Source: Laetmonice hystrix (lineage: Eukaryota). Taken from it: 64,000 nt of DNA. Below the pieces are notes generated by a model. It was not told the origin of the DNA and did no database searches. It saw nothing but the letters and a program-made list of their open reading frames with translations. The stretch spans positions 35,898,001-35,962,000 of the forward strand of contig OZ249437.1 in the NCBI GenBank assembly GCA_965235115.1. The letters are read 5' to 3'. This document shows positions 12,401-25,158 of the stretch, in pieces (position 1 is the stretch's first letter; each line of letters begins with the position of its first letter). Made by a program: the position numbers and the translations under genes.

Positions 12401-15400
12401 TTCATTATCATATCTGCTTATTTAAATAGAAATGTGTATTCATTCATTTTAAACAACGACATCTTAGAATATATTTGATTCTGTCCCCAGTGACTCGACC
12501 CCAAGCACTAGTTACCAAACAGAGAGAGTATGAGTTGCAGTGGACTGAACTCAAAGAGGAACTAGAACTTCTCAGACAACAGGTGGCGCTGCAGAAGCTC
12601 CAGCGTGAGGCAGACGTGCATGACTATGGCGGGAGATGGTCACCACACCGACGCCCTCCAGACAAACGGGCTCCTCTTCAGGTACATCATTGCTGGTGTC
12701 ACATAACGCTTTATTGTTCTGACTTAGAGACGCCTTAGGTGAGAAACCAGTAGGCCTTTATTATCTTGAAGAGGTATTTTGCATAGCTTTAGAATTCCTT
12801 TAAAATTGGGCATGGCGTATTGCAAAATTCCAATCATTGCACCCTTGATTGAATACAGGTTTACAATAACTGGGGTACATGTGATAACTGTGATTAGCTA
12901 ACTTACTTTTACTACCAACAAAAAAGAGCACATCAGTTGTCACTAATCAGTCGTAAGTTTATTTCATCCATTGATTAGATTTTTTCCTAAATTGTTTACA
13001 TTTACAGTGATTGTGAAATGGTGAGATAAACTGGAGTCTATAAGTACCAGTAATCTTGAAATGTTGTTTGATTATATGAATCACATAAGTTATTTCACGT
13101 TAAATTTAAGCAATATACTAGATCCACATTTTTTTTAAACTTGAAATTTTCAGGAGAATGTTTTAAACCATTTGGCTGACTGGTAAGATTCCATTTCATC
13201 CCGAGCATGAAACCAGAACTCGCAAAAAATGTTAGTTCGCTTCGGAGATCTATGGTGGTAGTTGCAGACATAAAAAGGGTTCTTGCTAATGCATGACATC
13301 ATTGAATCTATACTCTGCATGATTTCGATTAGTTACTTCTCAAGCATAGTGCTTTTATTCTGAAGGATGAAGTAGCAAATAATATCCACTGCACATTTAA
13401 TTTATTTTAATGTTTTCTTTTCTGGTGTGCATCAAGGCACTGACCTCATACGTGGACAAGGTTAGAGCACTGCAAGAAAACAGTTTCCCCAAAAAGCTTA
13501 CTTAGTGGTCAGCTTTATTCACATCATTGTAACCTGTCACATTCATGAAACCTAGATACACAACAAATGTCTTCATAAGAAAATTTCAAGGTGAAAAATC
13601 TTGGTTATATGATAAAAGTGGCCCTGCCTTGGCAATCTGAATAACAGTAACTGAAATTCAACCCAGTCGTAAAATGTGTTTCCTTTGCTTACTAGAACAT
13701 GCATTAGAAACAGCTTAAAGGTTGAATTATTCCATTTATTGCACATCACACAATGCAGGAATGGACCTTCGATCCAGACACGACAGTTGTTCCTTTGGTT
13801 GTGGAACCTTCCCCAGGGCTTAAGTCTTCAGTCAAGTCTTTGGAGTTTGATGACATGCCCACTGCACCCTATGACCCCAAGTAAGCTGCCTTTAGTGTCA
13901 GATTTAACGCCAGGGAATCGACCAAATATTTGAACTGTATCGACATAAAAAAAGCCGTAAATGTCATATTTCTGTTTCAGGGCAGGGTTTGAAATCTTCT
14001 ATGACTTTGTCGTCGGTCTGAAGCCCACCAGCCAAGCCTGTGGTCTGGTCGCGAGTCTCTATACAGAAGAGAGTCAATATGGCGAGCCTGGTAGTCTGCC
14101 GACAGTGCTCTGTGAGACAGCGCCACCTCTCGGCAGTACATCACATCACAAGATGGCCATGGTTGCTGCCAGACAACCAGTTGTACGGTCAGTTTATTGA
14201 GCCAGTTTAATTCTTGAATATTTTCCTCTTCCTGTTAAATTGAGTTGAATCATTGTATTTTAGCGAACAGGGACATGGTTTATCATAAAAGACATCAGTA
14301 GGCTGAGACCGTATTTTACCTATCGTTTTTAAACCCAAAACAGCACATGGCCAAATGGCCCTTCCCCTAAATATACTTGTGAACAAAGCATTTATACATT
14401 GTATATTACAAATCAATAGGTGTATGCCATCTGAGAACATGAGCTTAGTCGTTGAAGTCCAAATCAGTGATTCACACAGCGCCAGTGAGGGGCAAGTAGG
14501 AGAAGGCACCCCAGGGCAGCAAGGAACCCCAGATCCGTGCACTCCGGGTCCATTAACAGCAATGGGATGGTGTAAAGTCGACCTGTTTGACAAGGCACTT
14601 CACCTGTTGAGTGGATGGTGGAGAATCGCAATCCGTGAGTTACCAACACTGCCAAACCTCCCGATGTCTCATCTCAACACGGTTCCTCAGTATGGGCAGG
14701 CGGAGCTACTACTGCGACTTGTCAATCACAGGAATGTAGCTGACCAATCAGAAGTCCCGCTGGATATCTTGAGGTTGTTCCCCATGTATCGGAACATGAA
14801 TCAGGTATGTGCAACCATGATGCCAACCGGGAAAGTTGTGCAATAACGAAATATCAAAAAGGCACCAAATATTTTCTCGAATGTACTTCACTCGAATATT
14901 TTTCTATGATAGCCTGACTAAAGGATGGCATTTAGAACTGATGGCAAACTTACACTGCCTGCTGCAATACCTGTCATAGAATGCAACAAATCGGTTCTGA
15001 AAATCACTGTTTGAAACTGTTGTATCAAGGTATCAAGATCTTTCTTGGAATATCAAATCCCCCCAACTCGTCAGTCTCTGGAGAGAGTACTCTCATCTCA
15101 GGTATTAGGGTAGTTTCTTGATAACTCGGCTGACCTTAAAATCTGGTTGTTAACTTAAACCCGTTTTCAGGACTACCGTAAGTGACACACAAAGAAAAAA
15201 AAATCCGTAAGGAAAAATATTTGCTTCAATATACGGTATAAAATTTACTAAAAAATTGCATGAAACAAATTATATTTCAATGTCAGCCTTGTTTCCCCCG
15301 TTGCATTATTTTTTACTTTGAAGTTTCTCTCTTTTACCCCAGTTCTCATGCGGTTGTGACTAAGTTGCTACCCCTGGAGAAATGTTGAGTTGAGTTTTGT

Positions 15401-18400
15401 TGAGATTTGTATTTCAGTATTTATTGAATTCCAACTGAAAGGGTAGTTCTTGTAAAATATGGCAATAATGTTGTTTGAAGGAGCTCAGGTTTCATGAAGG
15501 AAGTCTGGAGAAAACGCTAGGTGGCAGCATGGTAGCTTCCCAACAGAAGATCACTGCATCAACGCAGTGAGTACATTTTTTTAGCTCATTGTAAATCTTT
15601 AATTCTGAGTTAATACTTTTTGGTACGCTTTTGATCTCAGGACGTATTTCTTGTAATTTTTATTTTCTTTCTCAGCCAAACACAAGTGGTAAATATGGGA
15701 GTGCAAATTGTGCACACCAAATATATGCCCCCTGGTGAGGCCAGACTGCGAATCACTGTCTATGACACCTCCACTGGCCAGGTAAGGGTCTCGCTTGGTC
15801 AGATATGTTATGTAACATTACATATACATGCTCAGTTATGCACATTAGTTATTTTTTGTGTGTGAATTTGATAGACATTAAAATGAACCTGTTTTCTAAA
15901 ATCTTGTGAAATTTCAATTAATTTCTTTGTCTGTTTAAAGTAGATACAGTACCTCAGGTCAAATGAAATAAAAAAAAAACAGTTTTTGTATTCTTTACAC
16001 AGGTGGTTCAGTGTGCCTCAGGCCCTGTCAACTACGATACAACAACTTCAAAAATGAGTTTTCGGTACCATTACTTCATCTTTGGCCACCAGGAGGCAGT
16101 GTTCAAGGATCTCGTCTTGAACTCTGACCTTGTCCTTGTTGTACGGTTGTACTTACGGATAGACAAACAACCTAATGCTCAGAAGTCCAAAAATTCTGCT
16201 GGAACTTCGGAGAGAGAAAAACTTGTAGCCTGGACTGCCATGAATCTTGTTAGATACAGTAAGATCATGAGTCGCTTACCAATATTACAGTAATGTAGTA
16301 TAATTTAATGAAGAAATTAGGTCCATTTCGTCGTACGTATGGTCCATTTATAGCCAATATTGGAGCTCTTGAATTGGAACCCTACTTCAAGAGGTAGAGG
16401 CAAACCAAATGACGCTAAATGACGCCTCTGTGTGCATAGATGTATATTCTTGTCAAATAACTCCTGAGCCAAGGTGATGTCTGTGTCAGTTATTGCGGTA
16501 CTCGTTTGTGTTTTATTCTATACTAGGTAGCATAGACACTTCCAGTTCTGGCAGCAAGTCTTCAGTTCCAAAAGGCCACCTGGTGGAGGGAAAGCACACT
16601 CTGCAGTTGTACCGGGCTCCAGTACCAAGTACACTGAACCTACCGAAGTCGATCGCGTCCCCCAGTAACAAACCCTATGGCAAGGCGTTTGTCAAGATTC
16701 TGATGTTTCATGTTGATCAGCGGCCAGGGTCCCTCACACCAAGCGACATCTCGAGTGATGAAGACAGCGAGCAGCTGGACCAAGTGAGAAGACAAACTGC
16801 ATACAAGTTGAGAGGGGGGGGGGGGGACAAAAACCTGATATGTCTGATTTGGTTTATCCAATGCCCATTAGCGCCAATGTAAAAGAAAAAAAAACATTTG
16901 GGGGGCTTTCTTTTATTTATGAAATAAAACAATGTAAATCTCATGCGTAACGGGGAACAGTGTAAAATAATGAAGTAGCACATAGATTGAATGTGATTTA
17001 ACCTTGTCATTGTAGCCCTGGCTTTCTTTCGAACCCCGTCAACGTGTTCAAAATGAGTCGTTTGAACCGGGGCAAGGATTTGATGTCTATATCGATGGCT
17101 GCAGATTCCTGCCAGATGGAGTGACAATAACGCGCGTATGTCACTGACCATGTTTTAGGCCACATCAATCTCAATATTTTCAGTTTTGAATGTTAAAGTC
17201 TCTGTGTACTGTAAGGTTAGATGAGCTGTTTGATTATACTGACGATGTGGTAACCCTCCGGGAGAAAGACCGTGCGGATGTAATTTGCCTGTTTACGCCG
17301 GCAGGTGGCGGGCCGTATCTTGGACCGTCAGTTCCGGAAGGTAGGCCAGGACATCAGTGCCACCGTGGATCCAGAGAGTGACATGTACAACCCACGCTTC
17401 AGGTATCGACTGGAGATCAGGGACGTCCAGGTGCCATCCACAGCCACACTGCTGTTAAAGGTTATCTGAATTATTAGATCTTCGTGCCCGCAGTGTGGCT
17501 CGGATCATTTTGATCATCGGTTTAGCGATTTATATCACTGAGTGGTTTGTAGTGATCACTGGACTTTTAGAGGCGAAAGTCCAATCACTTCAGAATCAAT
17601 GCAATCTATCAATCAATCAATCAATCAATCAATTAAGAATGATCAGATTCCTGCCTACTGGCCAATCAATGTCCGTTTTAATGATACTAGCTGGTTTAAA
17701 ATTTGCCAAAGTAATCATCACTAATATTATTGAGTCTGAATTATAAGCCAGTAAATTAACATAGCTATTGTTATGTTTATATTAGGTCATATTATGTCTG
17801 GCATACATATGTACGCTATCCCTGTTTCAGGTGTATACAGTCAATGAATGGACGAAGAAACTGGAAACACTCGGTCATACCACACTCAACATTTTCACCA
17901 TACTTGGTTCCACCAAACAACCTAGTTCAGATTCTCTCGTCCAGGTGGCGCTGAACGCAGGCGGCCACCAGTTGCGCCTGTACAGTGAGGGACCCACAGG
18001 GCTAGAGCCATTGACTGGTATCTGTCTGCAGGATATGGGGATTCGATACATTCCCTGTGCCACCCTGCTTGTCAGGATCGTCAAGGCTCCCCTCGGCCCC
18101 GACAGAGTGCCTTTAGAGGTAATTCAGTGCTGTATGAAGCACTTTACAAGCCTGATGTTGCGATAACTAGCATTAGATGACTAGCATGAAGATTTGTGAA
18201 GTAGGTAATTAAGCCTATTCCTACCTATTCATTATGTTCAGTTTATGTACCGTAGTTATTTAGAGAAAGGAATGTACCGTAAATTTTGTCCACTTACATA
18301 ATTTCCTCCAGTCCTCCAAAGTTCCTCCATCGGATTGGCAGCGGCTTGGGTTGTGGGTGGCGCCCCCTGATTACAACAAACGGCACTACCAATCCATGTC

Positions 18401-21291
18401 GTGCGCGCCCTCTGACGGCGAAGTCAATATATACCACAGCCAGGCCAGGCGCCCTCAGGCACTGGTGAAGGACTCGTTACACTTACTGGTGTCAGGCCCA
18501 GAATTGAGAGCGCTCAAAACTGACAAAAGTATTCAGACATTCATTAAGGTAGTCCCTTTTTATTCTATATAAACAATTATCTTGTTAATGCTGCTTTCTT
18601 TTGTAACATATTTAAAGAAGAAAAATTGGTATTCGTCATCACAGTTATTTGATACTTGAATCAAATGGAAATAATACCTAGATATTTGAGACGAATCAGC
18701 ATAAACGACATGCTATGTTAATGTGAGATATTTAGTTAGACCAATGACAACCGTACATTTTCCCAATAGAGCCACCTGACAAAGCTACTTGAAGCGCCCC
18801 CTGGTGTGTACGATCTCACATTCATCAGCCGCTACAGTCCCAAACATGGGATCATGGTCGGTGCACGTTACTCTCTGACCAATACATTTTACGATGATAA
18901 TAAATTAATCACAAATGTAAAGATCTCACAGCTAATAAATTCTCATGACTATTTCATACACACATACACATACTTAGATTTATCAGTATCTTAATTATAG
19001 TTGATGTGATATTTTATACAGGTAGCCTTAGATGGTGCAGCAAACCTACCCTGGCCAGGTTTAACTCATGCTTCTATATGCCTGAACCCACCAGGCGCGT
19101 TATATAAGGTAGCATTATCATATGACATTTGTCTGATATTTGATATTTGATATTTGACTTTTGTTTGATATTTGATATTTGACTTTTGTTTCTTTAGGTC
19201 CGGTTGCACTGAAATGATTAGTAAAGAAATCACAATAACATTCATTCTATGCCGTTGTATTGAGAATTCCATAGCATCCTCCTCCTCTGTGACAGGGCCC
19301 ACCTCAGGCCATGTATGACCTGCCAGAGTTCACGAGAGAGTTAGCTCTAGATACCACCAACCAGAATCCTCAGTGGACCGATGGATACAAGGTTAGTGTA
19401 GCATTCAGTTACAAAACAAACGGAGGAAACGGGATCTGTGCTTGAAAATTTAATTGTGGTCGCTAAGTATTATAGTGACTGGATTGAATTTTACTAACCT
19501 CCTGGTAAAAGAAAAGGTGCTGGTAAGTGTGTACTTTAGCTTTCTGCTAGCTTCAATGAGATTTCAGAATTAAGGTCATTCCAGGAGTAGTAAAATATGT
19601 CTTTATTAAAGGTGTCTGAAGAATTATCTTAGAGGAGCTATCTCTGCAATGTAATTATTTTAAAGGTCCTTGTTTTTTTGCATGAGAAAACTAAGTGATA
19701 TGGGATCCTTCCTTCCCGCCTCCACAGCCATTCCCGTACCGGAGCTACCACCCTCACCTGACTGTCATTGTCCACTTACATGAGATTGTCATCACTGTGG
19801 ATGCTAGAGGATACAAGTACAACCTTATGGAACAGGTTCCCATAAACTTTCTTTTAATATACTCTTTTGTACTTTTTGTAATTTGTACATGTGTATAATA
19901 TGTGTGTGCACGTGGACAGAAAGGCCTTCAGATCATCAACCGGGGCCTCTTGCACGGGGGTTAGAGGTTTACGCTAGGTGGTGCATGGATCAATGAGGGT
20001 TCTGCAGAACCAGGGATACGTCGTATATTACATTGGATACATTAGATACCCACTATAGGCCTACATAGAGTGGACAGAAACACCTCATGATTTTTAATAG
20101 TGAAATTTTTCTCCAGGGATGGACTGCCATACCTGTCTTCTCGGGAACTTATGCCGTGACTGCTGCATATCAGATGCCCTTGTTCGAGGGCTCGCCAACA
20201 GAGGGCGTCCTGGCTCAGTTAGCCATGTCACCATATGATGAATGGCGACACGCAGGCCTTGCTAAAAAAACAGTAAGCCCGTTTAGTAAAAATAACAGCA
20301 ATAAATTATTAAATAAAATTAACAAAACGGGAGAAATGAATGTTAAAACTGTGCTAACTGAGAAAGATGTTGCCAGTTACAGTTAATGCCGGGAGCGTCC
20401 GTGTGGGTACGTGTTGTAGATGGGCGGAGGATGGATGAAATACCCCACTCTCTGAACCAGAGGGCCAGACCAAAGGTACGGGTTCTTATTGCACCAGGCC
20501 AACACTATATTCAAACAGACAACAAGCCGGCGGGAAGGAGGGGGAGGGGACTGTGCTGGCGGGTTTGTAATCACTAGGTGCAGCCAGGGGCGCCGCTTAA
20601 TATTTCAAAGTGGAGGGGACAATTGCTCAGGTATGTTTGACCTTTTCGCCCAGATCTAGGTAGGCCTAATTTCCAGGGGCTTTTGACCTTTTAAGGCCGC
20701 CACCAAAAGTGGCGGGGGGGGGGGGCAGATATCCCCCCTCGTCCCCTCCCCCTGTACACAGTTGGTATAGTGACATGACCATTGTTTCTGAACGATTTAC
20801 TAGACGCCCTGGTGGCGTTAACATGAACTAAAGATTTTACAGTAGCACAATATAAAATGGTCGACCCATCGGTAGCATGCATTTAATTGGAACCGTTCGT
20901 CATTTGCAGGTTGAGGTTGACGAATCTTATCTACCAGATTTTGCCAAGCAGAGCTACATTCCTTCAGACGCTGAGGGTACAAAGCTTCGGGATCTTATAC
21001 CTGCAGGCAAAGCTCTGTCCAGTTTTAATAGAAAGTTTGCAGCCAAGTTTAAAAGTGTAAGGAATTATTTTTAAAATCAACTTAGCTAAACCCTAATTTC
21101 TTCTCTTTTTTTGTCTTCAGCGTATTTTTAAATGCATCTTTAAGCATTTGTGTAACTTGTAGTATTTGTTTCTTTTGATAATCTGTTTTACATAACTTTT
21201 AAAAGTAAGTTTTAAATTAGGAACTAATCCCCCCACCGCTTTCTTTTGACTTCAGCTTGTGTACCGCCTTTACAACGCTGGACGTCTGTAA
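9431..21291 (+). CDS. CCDC17: Coiled-coil domain-containing protein 17-like, long form (about 1450 aa; N-terminal C2H/C zinc-finger-like motif, coiled coils, several C2-like domains)
   Basis: Hand-spliced exons: 9431-9577, 9732-9854, 9947-about 10048 (donor uncertain), 10277-10364, 10626-11015, 11440-11484, 11772-11890, 12215-12328, 12491-12681, 13759-13880, 13981-14187, 14420-14804, 15481-15566, 15676-15781, 16003-16258, 16527-16783, 17016-17135, 17305-17460, 17831-18118, 18312-18548, 18770-18856, 19022-19108, 19296-19391, 19728-19835, 20117-20272, 20377/20383-20475, 20910-21056, 21256-21291 (TAA). The motifs FRCEGCQMRFDSTDLLHRHEERFC, RKVRESYLRQGGSNPDVL, APYDPKAGFEIFYDF and LLSGWWRIAIRELP..PQYGQAELLLRLVN match my recollection of vertebrate CCDC17. 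All junctions are phase-compatible except exon 3/4. Confidence 0.85.
17608..17636. repeat. (TCAA)n microsatellite
   Basis: tcaatcaatcaatcaatcaatcaa in a CCDC17 intron. Confidence 0.85.
19128..19190. repeat. Short tandem repeat (TTTGATA units within a duplicated about 25-bp block)
   Basis: tttgatatttgatatttgacttttg occurs twice in tandem in a CCDC17 intron. Confidence 0.75.
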
Positions 21292-23992
21292 TATCAAAGC
21301 TGTGAAAAATATCCATCACATCAATGAGAAATGCGTAATGCGTGATTTAAATTAAAGTCTCTGAAGGATTGCGAGATGAAACGGTTGACTTTTTCTTGTG
21401 GGCAAGGTTGGCGGGAACAGTTTATAATGCGTAATACGTCAACGATAACTAGCTATAGGTTGTATCTTGAGCTACTGAATGAATCTCTCTCGTCATATCT
21501 CGTCGTATTAAAATAATGTGATACTTTATATTATATTATATGGCCGTAACACTTAACTTTGGTAAGTTGTCGGTCAACTTGTGTAAACTGTGGCTGACAA
21601 ATAACACGAGGCAATAAGGTTCATCGCATACGTAATATTTACTTCATGAAAAGTTCACATCAGCATATCAATGCATACAATAATTATGTTATCACGACCC
21701 ACACTGCGTCTGTTAATACATGCGTGCCGACTGCTGACGAGAAAAGCACACAATTATAATACAGTCTTAACAATAACACAATGCTCGCATTTGTACAGTA
21801 TGTATAAACATAGAGAAATCGGTAAAGTGATGTGTTCACCTGGTCTACGATTCCTTCATCATCGATTCCGGCGTGATATCTTTAAAATCTTTACTTCTAT
21901 ATTTTCTTCCTGTCTTTCATATAAAATTATATCAGTTATGACTACACGTTTATAAATAATGCATATAATATATTAAATTGGTAGTTCTCAAATCCATCTA
22001 TAGCCCATTGTACATCAGCCGACTACTATAAAATTATTATAGTGTATAAAAAGAAACGTCCATGTCTGTCTGGACATCAGGACACCGGTGCCCAATGTGA
22101 TCTAAATATCCCGTTTTTATTTTAATCTTATTTATATCGAACCATATTTCCCCCAACGCTGGTCCTACTACTCATTCATACCGGTCGAATCTATAAAATA
22201 CTGACCATCCATTAAACATCTGGTAAACCATCACCTTACCAAAAAACATAACATAATTCTAAGTTATGTGACGTTCTTTGACTTTACTCTCGACCAGTTC
22301 TTGCTATCACACTTTTACTTAAACCTACCTACCGGTACCCGGTCGTCTGTGCTGAACTGAGCTTGTATTATGTCCGCTCGATACCATACGCTGTCTGAAA
22401 ATATCTTTGGGCAGAAACACATTCCAGATTTCATAACACATTCCAGATTTCATACCACGGTATGGAACGGATGGGAGGACGGGGGTTACAAAGTTAGAAT
22501 TATCTCTAGTGAACGACATGGGTGACGAATGTCTGTATCTCGATTCCTCTGACTTTCCTTTCCTGTAGCGCCCCCTACACCAGAGAAGTTAATTTGAAAA
22601 CAATATACTAGTTTTATACCAGATTTGGAGGGGGCGCTACAGGAATGGCAAACGGTTTATTCCCATGTGTCCTGCGGCATCAATCTGTCGGTAGTAGAAC
22701 ACCCAGTCAGTATTATAAATTATCACAGGGCTACTTACTGTTCGACCATTTCTATCCCTCTCCAGTACCAGACACACTTTCTACTCTTGTTCATAAACCT
22801 CAAAACTTTCCACGGCCAAGTAATCTGCTAATCTATAATCTCAATGATGAGAGATTCAAACGAGTTTTACCCGAAGGAGTTCGGACAAACGAGGGGTGCC
22901 GCTACCGGTTCCAACTACATGTATTCTCTGCCCTACAAAATACTTTGCATATTATTTATGGTAAGAGCTGTCACAATACGAAAATATCGCGCGAAAAGGT
23001 GGACGGAAAATCCCGTATTGTGAATCACAGTAACAACTTCATTTAACTCGGCTCACACATCTTAACATGAGCCAACGGTAAACTCACAAAGTCTGTAGAC
23101 TACTAAACTCCTTAAAAATCCAATGCGAGGAGATATGTTACCTTCCTAAAGTTTATACCGGTAGCCTACATCCCAAGTAAGATGTGATGTGACGGACAAT
23201 GTTATATTTCGACATGCAGAGATGTTAAAGATCTAAGTTTCAGTTACCAACTCGTAAAGATGAAGTCCACTGTTACAGTAGTTGTTCCATGGCCACGGGT
23301 GTCGCGGCCTGTAAAAACTTTGTCCGTTTGTCCGTCCTTGGTCCCATATTAACATATATATCTCTTCCAGACTTTTACAATTTATACGTATTGCTCGTAA
23401 AATTAAAGTTCCATTTACAGGTGGTTGGCAATATTCACAGATATTTGGTTTCAATATTGCGTATGCCTACCATATTATTCCCATTACCGTTTATAACCTG
23501 ACATTTTGTGGCCTGACAAAATATATGTCAGCATTCTAGTTTACCGTACGAGTTGGAGTTCCCTGGCCCAGAAAGCGGAAACCTTGGAATGCACTTCTCA
23601 GTCTGGATACCAGGGTTGTCTCTCGTGCACAAACAGTTAACACACACATCCCATGCTGTATGCGTTATAAATACATATGTCACAGTCACAGTAATTCAAT
23701 ATGAGCACAGGCATAAATCACGGTCACATATCATATTATTATACATAATACATTTATAAGCGCAACAATGTCAGTGGCGATACATCGAGTAGACAAGAAG
23801 AGATTTCTAAAAATATAATAATATACCAGACGTTTGGGGTAAACCAGGCAGGATTTGATTATTGACTGTCTCTAGACCACTTGTAAAACAGTCGTTTACT
23901 AACACTGCCCAGAGGCCGTATTTGCAGGCAGTATGTCGGTATGTCAAATATCACCATGACGCCAGTATTCCAGGATCCGGCATGCACTTTGT

Positions 23993-24278
23993 CACTGGCG
24001 GATCCAGGATTTCAGAAAAAGGGGGGGGGGGGGGGGCGCAACTTTTGTTGGATAATCAGTGGCCCATTTTTAGGGGATCTGGGGGCCCTCCCCCAGAATT
24101 TTTCTTTTCTGGGACGTCGAAAACATGTGTTCTGAACATGTAGAGTAGAAATTTCTCCCAAATTCTTTAACGAAATTGCATTATTTTTAAGCATGAAAGA
24201 TAGAAAATAGGCATGATTTTGGAAAATAGGGGGGGGGGGGGCGGGCCGGGTGCCCCCCCCCCCCCGGACCCGCCACTG
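23993..24278. mobile_element. Poly-G MITE with CA(G/C)TGGCGGATCC TIRs and 5-bp TSD
   Basis: Left cactggcggatcc, right ggacccgccactg. Flanks are TTTGT on both sides (23988-23992, 24279-24283). It shares the internal gggggccctcccc(c/t)agaa motif with the 4798 element. Confidence 0.8.
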
Positions 24279-25158
24279 TTTGTATTATAAAGCCACCCTA
24301 AGATGAAGGCTGTACAAAAGGTGGCAAAGACTGTTTGACAAAGAAAAAGGTTTCCTTTCTAACTCCCCGAATATTCTCACCGAGGATCCACTGTACGAGT
24401 AAAATATTTTCTTGAATGTCCTAACGCGTCAGACCTTTAGTTTGTGTAAAACAATGTCTCAATCCTATCCGGATCCTGTCAGACACTTGCAGTCCTCCCT
24501 TATCATTGGTAACAAGGGGATAAAGATAACGTCAAACGTTTACTGTCTTACACCACACACCGAGTCATCCCCATACGTCTCGCTATATTCAGGAAATCGA
24601 CGATAATTTGTACTTTGCGACAAATATCGCTCACCAACTGTCTTTTAAAACGAAGAATATATACCGTAATATCGAATTAACGTCAGAGCCATCAGAGGAA
24701 AGAGGTGAAGAGTAAAATCGAAGTAAGAAGGAAGCGATTGAGGAGTATGTGAGACTTCTATCTGTGATACTGTAGGGAGGTCAGGGAGGTCAGGGACTGG
24801 GAACTTCTTGATCACCCAACAGTGTGAGAACAAAATCTAAATCAGGGTTCTCCGCCGACCTGACGATCAGAGTTTACATCAAGGGGCGGACATCAGCTGC
24901 ACTGATCCTATCGGCAAACCCTCAGATATTTATCATGACGGCCGGCGCCAAACAAGAGGACCACGCTGATCCTGGTTGTGGGTCACTTGGGAAGAGTTGG
25001 ACACTGACCGATGTCCAATGCTGACCACCTCTGATCCGGCGTTTCTAACTTCATATCCTGGTTTCTACTTATTGCAAGTCCTCACTGGCCGACTCGGGTA
25101 AAGCTAAGGTCAGGTTAGGTCGTCTTGGTAGGTATTCCTTGAAGCTGGTGCATTTTGG

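Noticed and set aside
14207-17151. Antisense ORFs (14207-14593, 16717-17151 and others)
   Set aside because: Shadows of the CCDC17 coding exons on the opposite strand.
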